Shown: one piece after another, positions 28,161-35,394 of the stretch | Layout: every line of letters starts with the position of its first letter | Numbering within the stretch: position 1 is the first letter of the stretch | Assembly: GCA_013329615.1 (NCBI GenBank) | Contig: DUKA01000095.1 | Span: forward strand, 1 to 36,613 | Length of the DNA: 36,613 bases | Source: Candidatus Bathyarchaeota archaeon | Lineage (GTDB): Archaea; Thermoproteota; Bathyarchaeia; TCS64 | Direction of reading: 5' to 3' | Translations under genes and position numbers: made by a program | The notes under the pieces: generated by a model | Databases searched by the model: none | The model's input: the letters and a program-made list of their open reading frames with translations, nothing else | Told to the model about the DNA's origin: nothing

Positions 28161-28307
28161 CCTAAGCCGATAAACATCGGAAGCACACATGGAGGGGTTC
28201 GATACCCGCCTCGGCGCCACGATTTAAGGAGATTAAGGAGCCGCGAACGGTATCACCAATCCACAACCGGGTTACCCCTAAATAGTGCGACGGGGCTTCA
28301 TGCCCCC

Positions 28308-29240
28308 ATGGACTTCGGACTCTACATAAGACCAGCCGGCACCTACCCGGCGATGCTCGAGGTATCACGATACGCCGAAGAGCTGGGACTCTACGGCGTC
28401 TTCATAAACGACCACTTCGAGGGGCTCAGCGGCGACCGCAAGGAGCCATACCTCGAGGCTTGGACCACCATGACGGGGATAGGGATGCAGACGAAGAAGA
28501 TCAGGGTCGGGCACATCACGCTCTTCAACAGCATGCGCAACCCCACCGTCCTCGCCAAGATGATCACGACCCTCGACGTCATGACCGGTGGAAGATACGA
28601 GACCATCTTGGGAGCCGGATGGAACGAGCCCGAGTACAAGGGATATGATCTCATGGGCGGAGGCGTCGGGATGCCCGAAGCTGGCGAGCGCGTAACCCGC
28701 CTCAAGGAAGCCGTCCAGATACTAAAGGGGATGTTCGACAACGAGGTCTTCAACTACGAGGGCAAATTCTGGACGCTCAAGGACGCCGTCAACGTCCCCG
28801 GCACCGTCCAGAAGCCCATGAGGCTCAGCGTAGGAGCACGCCAGCAGAGGATGATCAGTATCGCCGCCAAGTACGCCGACGGTATGAACGGGAGCGGAAA
28901 CATGAACGCCATAAAGGGCTACCTCAAGCTACTCGGGCCCGAGCTCGAGAAGAATGGGAGGAAGATGAGGGACTTCTACCTGCACGGCTTCACGACCATC
29001 ACCCCCACGAAGAACGACGAGGAGACGGACGCCATCGTCAAGAAGATAGCCAAGGACAAGCCCGTCAAGGAGGTAGCCGACGACGTATTCGTCGGGACCC
29101 CCGAGGTCCTCATCGAGAAGCTGCGCTCAGTCGAGGACAGGGGATACAAGATGATGATAGCCATACCGAGGAGCGGTAAGGTGCCCGATATTAAGGAGAC
29201 CTGCGCCACCCTACGTGACGAGGTCTTCCGCAGAATCTAG
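28308..29240 (+). CDS. LLM (luciferase-like) flavin/F420-dependent oxidoreductase
   Basis: NDHF, EAWTT...TKKIRVG, RNPTVLAKMITTLDVMTGGR, GAGWNEPEY, AAKYADG. Confidence 0.92.
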   Translation: MDFGLYIRPAGTYPAMLEVSRYAEELGLYGVFINDHFEGLSGDRKEPYLEAWTTMTGIGMQTKKIRVGHITLFNSMRNPTVLAKMITTLDVMTGGRYETILGAGWNEPEYKGYDLMGGGVGMPEAGERVTRLKEAVQILKGMFDNEVFNYEGKFWTLKDAVNVPGTVQKPMRLSVGARQQRMISIAAKYADGMNGSGNMNAIKGYLKLLGPELEKNGRKMRDFYLHGFTTITPTKNDEETDAIVKKIAKDKPVKEVADDVFVGTPEVLIEKLRSVEDRGYKMMIAIPRSGKVPDIKETCATLRDEVFRRI

Positions 29241-29249
29241 TCGAGTAGG

Positions 29250-30227
29250 CTACTTTGCACCCGAGACCATCGGGGGTTCAACGAGCGCTGGGGGTATGTT
29301 CTCAATCGGCACGACGCAGAGGAGCCCCTCGAGCCCCTTTACCCTGTTCCTTAACGTGACCTCGGTCGTGCCCGCGGCAGCCGCCACCTCTTTCTGCGTC
29401 CTCTTCTCCCTGTTCAGGATACACGAGAGATACAGCGCGGCGGCTGCCAAGCCTCGCGGGTCCTTGCCCGAGAGCCTCTGCCGGGTCTTCCCCTCCCGGA
29501 GTATCTCGACGGCGTGCTGCTCGGTCGTCCTCGTGAGACGCAGCTTTGCGGCTATGCTTGGTATGAATTTCTCGGACTCGTTTAGCGGCATCTTGAGGCC
29601 CAGATCGGTCAACAACAGTCGGTAGGTTCTCGCCACGTCCCCTACGGGGCGGTGACTCTCCGCGGCGATCACCTTGAGCGGGCGTGGTATCCCCTGCAGG
29701 CGGCACGCCGCGTAGACGCACGCTGCTACGAACGAGTCGATGCTGCGCCCCCTAATCATATCCTTGTTCAGCGCCCTGCGGTAGATTACTGCGGCGTTGT
29801 TCCTCGCTGTCTCAGGGATATGAATCGCGGACGTTAGCCTGCTCAGCTCAGACATGGCTATGCTCAGGTTGCGTGCCTGCGTGTCGTTGATCTTCGACCT
29901 GTTGTCGTACTTCTTGAGGCGGTACATCTTGTCGATCTCGCCCAGCTTGAGGGGCTTGCCGTTGCCATCCCGGAGGCAGTTGAAGCTGGTCGACATGCCG
30001 CCGTCCCAAAGCGACGGCGTGAGCGCCTGACCCGCCCTGGACCTGCCCAACTCGCTGAATTCGAAAGCCCTCCACTCGGCCCCTGAGTCAATGAGTTCGG
30101 ATATGACGAGGCCACAGCGACCGCATACCTCCTCGCCGGCGTCGACGTCTCGTATTATGTGGGCACCACCACACTTTGGGCAGACGTGACCTGATGTCGT
30201 CTCCATTTTCATCACATCCTCCTTCAC
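29250..30227 (-). CDS. tfb: Transcription initiation factor IIB (TFB paralogue)
   Basis: Zn ribbon CPKC...CGRCG, EWRAF B-reader, RNL..A..EL, IRGRSI...AAC.Y.ACR, GKDPRGLAAAALY, TQKEVA...TEVTLRNR. Confidence 0.97.
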   Translation of the reverse strand: MKEDVMKMETTSGHVCPKCGGAHIIRDVDAGEEVCGRCGLVISELIDSGAEWRAFEFSELGRSRAGQALTPSLWDGGMSTSFNCLRDGNGKPLKLGEIDKMYRLKKYDNRSKINDTQARNLSIAMSELSRLTSAIHIPETARNNAAVIYRRALNKDMIRGRSIDSFVAACVYAACRLQGIPRPLKVIAAESHRPVGDVARTYRLLLTDLGLKMPLNESEKFIPSIAAKLRLTRTTEQHAVEILREGKTRQRLSGKDPRGLAAAALYLSCILNREKRTQKEVAAAAGTTEVTLRNRVKGLEGLLCVVPIENIPPALVEPPMVSGAK

Positions 30228-30484
30228 GCGTAGTCCTTGAGAAGCTCACTCTGAACCACATCATCCGCCTCGGAGCCGTCGACTCCGCTTGATGGCTTCG
30301 ATGTGATGAACACGGAGCCCCCGCGGTCTATGTGGGCGAAGAACTCCTCGAAGTCGATCCCACGGGTCTCACGAACCTCAATGTCGTCATCGTCCTCGCC
30401 GAGGTAGTAGACGACAAGCTTCGTGCCCTGCCAGATAACGGTGGGCCACATGCGGTCATTGCTCTTTATGATGAACCTCTTCAT
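30224..30484 (-). CDS. Small acidic hypothetical protein coupled to tfb
   Basis: 86 aa from ATG 30484 (MKRFIIKSNDRMWP...IDFEEFFAHIDRGGSVFITSK); its stop overlaps the tfb GTG. Confidence 0.7.
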   Translation of the reverse strand: MKRFIIKSNDRMWPTVIWQGTKLVVYYLGEDDDDIEVRETRGIDFEEFFAHIDRGGSVFITSKPSSGVDGSEADDVVQSELLKDYA

Positions 30485-30531
30485 GCCCTTCGCCGGTGAG
30501 AGGCTGCGCCTGTGGGCGGATAACAATAGAG

Positions 30532-30567
30532 TTGTAACAAATGCACGTGCAAATGTATTGTAACAAT
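30532..30567. promoter_or_regulatory. Candidate operator: two TTGTAACAA inverted repeats flanking palindrome TGCACGTGCA
   Basis: TTGTAACAA at 30532-30540 and 30558-30566; TGCACGTGCA at 30542-30551; just upstream of TATA-like TTTAATAA (30580-30587) in a divergent intergenic region. Confidence 0.55.
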
Positions 30568-30608
30568 GAAACAAACAAGTTTAATAAAGCATAGGAGGAG
30601 CACCAACC

Positions 30609-32228
30609 ATGGCCGCCGAGAGGCTGACAAAGAGTCTTAAAGACCTCGGACTCAGAGAAGAGGAGGCAGAAATGTACGTTTTCATCTCGGCAATGGGCCC
30701 AACGCCGGTCCGCGCCGTAGCGAGAAAATTCAATCTGAACAGAATGAGGATCTATAGAAGTCTGAAGGCCCTCGAGGAGAAGAAGCTCGTGCAGAGGGTC
30801 ATGGGCCGACCCGTGAAATTCGTTGCGACCCCAATGAGGAGCGTTATAGATCAGAGGATCGGGGTGCTTAGGCAGAATCTTTCGGGGCTTGAGGAGAACG
30901 CCGAGTCGATTGTGTCGGAGTGGAAACGCCTCTCGAGCGACACACTGGAGTCGTCTGAGGAGCCCCGCTTCAGGATATACCAAGGGAGACAGAACGTCTT
31001 CGACCTGCTCTTCGAGATGGTGGAGAGGAGCGGCAGGGTGATCCGCCTCGTCACAACCACAAATGATCTCTCCCGATTCGCCCTCGCCGGGCTCGACGAC
31101 AAGTTGAAGGCGATGAAACGTAGCGGCGTCGAGGTGAGGATCCTGACACAGATAGATGCCGGGAGCCTCGATGTGGTTGGTCAATACGCCAAGTCATTCG
31201 ATCTACGGCACATCAACCTCAAGACGCCGATAAGATTCGCGATCACCGACGAGAAGGAAGCGCTCAACACAATAACCATGGATGACTCCATGAACATGAC
31301 CACTCAGACAGACATGGGGCTGTGGACCGACGCCTCGAACTACGTCGCAGCTCAGAGAACCTTCTTCGACGCCCTATGGAGTCTCGCCGACGACGCCAAC
31401 TCGGTCATACGGTTCATACAAACGGGGACCCCAAAACCGGAGATGAAGACATTCACGACGCAGGAAGATTACAATTCTACCTTCCACGATATGATCGGTA
31501 GGGCGTTTGGAAGGATAGACCTTCTCGCCAAGAACATAACCACTCTCCCTACAACCTTATCCGAACTCGAAGAAAAAACGAGGAAGGGGGTAGACATTAG
31601 GCTCCTCATACACACCGAACTGGAGAACATCCACGAGATCGATAAAATCGTAAAAAAAAATATCATCAACATCTCCGAGAACGCCGTTATAACGGACCTC
31701 GTTCTCTTGATCGTCGACCAGAAAGAGGCACTCATGAATATACCACACGCCGAGACACAGAAGTGGGCCCTATGGTCGAACATCAACACCTACGTCGAAA
31801 CATCCACCATCGTCTTCAACGACTACTGGAACCTCAGCAAACCAATCAAGGAGAAGCTTGAACAGATCGACCGGCTGAAAAGGATCGATTTCGTAGCGGC
31901 TAAGATCAGGGAGAGATTCGAGGAGAAGGGATGGACCGTAGAGGTTCCCGGGACGCTGACGGGGGTGTCGTGGAAGACGTACATGTTTGACGTGTTGGCG
32001 AAGAACCCGGACAAGACGGGTGTAAATCTCTGCATCGACGTGATCACCGAGGGCCCTGTGTTTAACAAGATAATCGAGAGGAGCACACTATACTCGGATC
32101 TGGTGGGCTCAATGGTCGTCCTCGCCTCACTCGTAAAATGCAGACCCGAGGAGCTTCAGCTCGCCGAGCTATATCAGATAAAAATTGTATACGCCGAAAC
32201 GCCGGAAGAGATAGTCTCGTCTTTTTAA
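30609..32228 (+). CDS. TrmB-family transcriptional regulator (HTH + two PLD-like effector domains + C-terminal nuclease-like fold)
   Basis: LKDLGL.EEEA.MY...YRSLKALEEKKLV...GRPVKF; RSGVEVRIL...ITDEKEAL and RKGVDIRLL...IVDQKEAL; tail PGTLTGVSW.TYMFDV. SD GGAGG at 30594. Confidence 0.88.
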   Translation: MAAERLTKSLKDLGLREEEAEMYVFISAMGPTPVRAVARKFNLNRMRIYRSLKALEEKKLVQRVMGRPVKFVATPMRSVIDQRIGVLRQNLSGLEENAESIVSEWKRLSSDTLESSEEPRFRIYQGRQNVFDLLFEMVERSGRVIRLVTTTNDLSRFALAGLDDKLKAMKRSGVEVRILTQIDAGSLDVVGQYAKSFDLRHINLKTPIRFAITDEKEALNTITMDDSMNMTTQTDMGLWTDASNYVAAQRTFFDALWSLADDANSVIRFIQTGTPKPEMKTFTTQEDYNSTFHDMIGRAFGRIDLLAKNITTLPTTLSELEEKTRKGVDIRLLIHTELENIHEIDKIVKKNIINISENAVITDLVLLIVDQKEALMNIPHAETQKWALWSNINTYVETSTIVFNDYWNLSKPIKEKLEQIDRLKRIDFVAAKIRERFEEKGWTVEVPGTLTGVSWKTYMFDVLAKNPDKTGVNLCIDVITEGPVFNKIIERSTLYSDLVGSMVVLASLVKCRPEELQLAELYQIKIVYAETPEEIVSSF

Positions 32229-32303
32229 AAAAAACGCAAAAAAAGAGAAAAAAACGGGGTAACCATTACTTAATATAGGATTTACAACATAACAAATTCC
32301 GCT

Positions 32304-32936
32304 ATGACGCCTAATGGAGACATGAGGGCTTTCATTCAGTCCGTCAAACCGAAAGATCATAGCGTACTTTTTTACGACGACGTCGAAAAAAAGAGAGAAA
32401 TCGTGTTTAACTACCTCTCTGAGGGGCTCTTCAAGAGCCGCGGCATAGTCTACGTTTGTGCGGAGGAGACGCCTGAGGGCGTCAGGAGGGGACTCGCAGC
32501 CGCAGGTGTGGATGTCGAGCCCAACGAGAGGTCGGGCAACATACTGATCAAGACATATGAAGGATGGTATCGCGAGGGCGGCATGGTCGATCCCCTCAAG
32601 ATAATAAACAGATGGAACGATGCGGCGGACAGGTTCAAAGAAAAGGGCCTGGGCACACGCGTGACTGGGGAGACCTCGAAGTTCTTCCAAGACGATAAGG
32701 TGAGGGAGCTGTTGAGGTACGAATACGCCCTGCACAAGGTGATGACCATGCCCATAGAAACCCTCTGCGTCTACAACCTGAACACTATCATCCAGACTGG
32801 TTACACGGAGATGATCATGCCCCTCGTGAGGGCACACGGCAAAGCCATATTCTCCTCGAAGAACGGCTGCGCCATAATCGAGCCCGAGGAGATCGAAGAC
32901 ACTGACGTCGAAAAGCTTCTGGAGATCAAGATTTAG
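32304..32936 (+). CDS. Stand-alone MEDS sensory domain protein
   Basis: DHSVLFYD...YL.EGL...VYV, RVTGE, LLRYE..L, LCVYN, LVRAH. Confidence 0.85.
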   Translation: MTPNGDMRAFIQSVKPKDHSVLFYDDVEKKREIVFNYLSEGLFKSRGIVYVCAEETPEGVRRGLAAAGVDVEPNERSGNILIKTYEGWYREGGMVDPLKIINRWNDAADRFKEKGLGTRVTGETSKFFQDDKVRELLRYEYALHKVMTMPIETLCVYNLNTIIQTGYTEMIMPLVRAHGKAIFSSKNGCAIIEPEEIEDTDVEKLLEIKI

Positions 32937-32961
32937 CGGAATAATAGCCGCCGGCGACCTC

Positions 32962-32977
32962 CAAACCTTTTTATTCG
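32962..32977 (+). promoter_or_regulatory. BRE/TATA-like promoter of second ilvB leader
   Basis: CAAACCTTTTTATTCG, 45 nt upstream of the uORF1 ATG; matches 7219-7233 on the minus strand. Confidence 0.65.
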
Positions 32978-33022
32978 ATACGCGGGTTGGAATAGCTCAC
33001 ATCCCGCAAGGGAGGATGGAAC

Positions 33023-33067
33023 ATGGGGTATTGCTTTGTCGAGCCCCCGAATGCGGGGGAAAGTTGA
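33023..33067 (+). CDS. Candidate leader uORF1 of second ilvB operon (MGYCFVEPPNAGES)
   Basis: 14 codons + TGA; GGAGG SD 7 nt upstream (33011-33015). Confidence 0.55.
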   Translation: MGYCFVEPPNAGES

Positions 33068-33091
33068 ATGGGGAATCGTATTCTTAGTTAA
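33068..33091 (+). CDS. Candidate leader uORF2 of second ilvB operon (MGNRILS)
   Basis: 7 codons + TAA, directly abutting the uORF1 stop. Confidence 0.55.
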   Translation: MGNRILS

Positions 33092-33159
33092 CAGATTCCC
33101 ATCCGAACCCAAGAACGTTGGATCATTGATCCAAGGAAAGATTCTGGAGGATACCATGC

Positions 33160-34842
33160 ATGACTGAGATGACCGGCGCCGAGGCGTACGTCAAGGCGCT
33201 AGAGAAGGAGGGCGTCAAATACCTCTTCGGGGTAACCGGCGCCGCAATCATACCCATCTGCGACGACCTGCTGAAGTCGAAGATTCGCTACATAGGTGGC
33301 GCCCACGAGCAGGGCTCAACCCACATGGCGGACGGCTACGCGCGCGTCTCCGGGCACCCCGGTGTCGTGCAGGTCACTAGCGGCCCAGGCGCGACGAACA
33401 TAGTCACAGGGCTCGCCACGGCGCAGCTCGATTCCTCGCCAGTTGTCGCCCTCACCGGGCAGGTCCCACTCAGCATGGTCGGCACAGACGCCTTCCAAGA
33501 GGTCGACATCATAGGCATCACCGCCTCCGTCACCAAGCACAACATACAGGTCATGGAGGCGGTGGAGATACCGCACGCCATCAAGTCGGCCTTCTACATC
33601 TCCTCGACCGGAAGGAAGGGCGCCGTCCTCGTGGATATCCCGAAGGACACCCAGACGGACAAGGCGGATATGGTCTTCCCGGATAAGGTCGAGTTCCGCG
33701 GCTACCACCCGAATATCGAGCCCAACTCGCAGGAGATGCACTGGGCAGCGACGCTCCTCGCAAAGGCGCGGAGACCAGTCATCATCGCGGGAGGCGGAGC
33801 AATCGCATCGGGAGCAACGATGGAACTCATCGAACTCGCCGAGATGCTGCAAGCCCCCGTAGCCACCAGCCTCATGGGGAAGGGGGCCATACCCAGCAAC
33901 CACCCACTCAGCCTCGGTCTCTGTGGGATGCATGGCCGCTGCGAGGCGAACTACATCGTCCCCGAGGCGGATGTCCTCCTAGTCGTTGGAGCACGCTTCA
34001 GCGATCGCACGACGGGCTCCCTCCGAGGCTTCGCCCCAAACGCACGCATAATTCACATCGACGTCGACCGCAGCGAGATAGACAAAAACGTCGACAGTAT
34101 CACACGCATAGTCGGAGACGCCAAACTCGCGATACGGGGCATCCGCGAGAAGGTCGCCCAGCAGAGGAACACGGGGCACACAGATGAGGACCTCGTGAAG
34201 AGGATCAAGGAATTCAAGGCACAGTCGGACACCCTCAACACGTCGCCACTCTCCGGCCCAGAAGTCATACGAGCGATAAGACGCGCCATGCCCCCAGACA
34301 GCATAGTCGTAACTGATGTTGGACAACACCAGATGTGGGCTGCGCAGCACTACGATGTCCGCGGACCCGGCGAGTTCTTCACGAGCGGCGGATTGGGCAC
34401 CATGGGCTGGGGGACGCCCGCAGCCATAGGCGCCAAGGCGGCGAGGCCCGACCTCCCCCTGTTGAACATCTCCGGCGACGGCAGCTTCGCCATGACCGAG
34501 AACAACCTAGCCATCGCCGTCGACGAGGGTTTCCCAGTCACCGTCGTGATCCTGAACAACGGCGTCCTCGGAATGGTCGCACAGTGGCAACGCCTCTTCT
34601 ACAACCGCAGATACAGCACGATACAACGCCCGAAGCACCCCGACTTCGTGAAACTAGCAGAGAGCTACGGGGCCACGGGGGTGAAGGCGGAGTCGACGAA
34701 GCAGATAGAGACCGCCATCAAGCGCAGCATCAAGGAGAAGCAGACCACCGTCATCGATGTCCCGATGGACCCTGAGGAAAACGTTTACCCCATGATCCCG
34801 CCGGGCATGGGGCTCAAGGACATCCTCCTAGGAGGCGCCTAA
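33160..34842 (+). CDS. ilvB: Acetolactate synthase large subunit, second paralogue
   Basis: AHEQGSTHMADGYAR, TSGPGATN, GTDAFQE, SGGLGTMG, GDGSF...NN, GMVAQWQ; colinear with 5316-7007. Confidence 0.96.
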   Translation: MTEMTGAEAYVKALEKEGVKYLFGVTGAAIIPICDDLLKSKIRYIGGAHEQGSTHMADGYARVSGHPGVVQVTSGPGATNIVTGLATAQLDSSPVVALTGQVPLSMVGTDAFQEVDIIGITASVTKHNIQVMEAVEIPHAIKSAFYISSTGRKGAVLVDIPKDTQTDKADMVFPDKVEFRGYHPNIEPNSQEMHWAATLLAKARRPVIIAGGGAIASGATMELIELAEMLQAPVATSLMGKGAIPSNHPLSLGLCGMHGRCEANYIVPEADVLLVVGARFSDRTTGSLRGFAPNARIIHIDVDRSEIDKNVDSITRIVGDAKLAIRGIREKVAQQRNTGHTDEDLVKRIKEFKAQSDTLNTSPLSGPEVIRAIRRAMPPDSIVVTDVGQHQMWAAQHYDVRGPGEFFTSGGLGTMGWGTPAAIGAKAARPDLPLLNISGDGSFAMTENNLAIAVDEGFPVTVVILNNGVLGMVAQWQRLFYNRRYSTIQRPKHPDFVKLAESYGATGVKAESTKQIETAIKRSIKEKQTTVIDVPMDPEENVYPMIPPGMGLKDILLGGA

Positions 34843-34843
34843 G

Positions 34844-35338
34844 ATGCCACTACACACGGTAAGCTTCCTCGTCGAGAACAAACCCGGCGTCCTCTTCAAG
34901 GTCGCCAACCTCTTCAGACGGCGCGGCTACAACATCCAGAGCCTCACAGTCGGCCCTGTCGAGGGAAGCCCCCTAAGCAGGATGACAGTAGTCGTCGACG
35001 CGGAGAGCCGCATCCTCAACCAGATAGTCGAGCAACTCGACAAGATGGTCGACGTGGTCAAGGTGAAGCGCCTAGACCCGCTAAGGACGCTGAGCAGGGA
35101 GCTGCTACTCATCAAGATGAAGACGTCGGACCCGATAGCGCGCATCGAGGCAGTGAACACCGTGAATGCCTACCATGGGCTCATCCTCGACGTAGATCCC
35201 GACATCCTAATCGCGGAGGTCACGGGGCCGACGGATGAGATAGACGAGTTTCTCAAGAGGATCGGCCCAATCGGTATCGAGGAGATGAGCAGGACGGGTG
35301 CCGCCGCCATAGAAAGGGGCAACGTCAAGCTCGCCTAA
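34844..35338 (+). CDS. ilvH: Acetolactate synthase small subunit, second paralogue
   Basis: VENKPGVL...FRRRGYNI.SL...SRMT...QLDKMVDV; RELLLIK. Confidence 0.96.
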   Translation: MPLHTVSFLVENKPGVLFKVANLFRRRGYNIQSLTVGPVEGSPLSRMTVVVDAESRILNQIVEQLDKMVDVVKVKRLDPLRTLSRELLLIKMKTSDPIARIEAVNTVNAYHGLILDVDPDILIAEVTGPTDEIDEFLKRIGPIGIEEMSRTGAAAIERGNVKLA

Positions 35339-35394
35339 CCCCTTCCACCCTTTATCACCAATTCTTAATACAAGTGGTGTGTTAGTCTCCCCCC

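Noticed and set aside
27980..28230. Glycine riboswitch upstream of gcvPA
   Set aside because: Characteristic aptamer motifs were not found on the coding strand.
28068..28307. N-terminal extensions given by the ORF track (LLM 28068, thrC 7258, ilvB 7043, 15688, 25083, 30574)
   Set aside because: Family homology, SD positions and stop/start overlaps support the downstream starts used.
30511..30527. TGTGGGCGGATAACAAT is a 16/17 match to part of E. coli lacO1
   Set aside because: No flanking vector or lac promoter sequence, and the outer AAT/T positions do not match. It sits in native-looking intergenic DNA and is treated as coincidence overlapping the local TAACAA half-site.
31652..31660. A9 homopolymer in the trmB-like gene as a phase-variation or frameshift site
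   Set aside because: The frame is intact and there is no evidence of a meaningful alternative frame.
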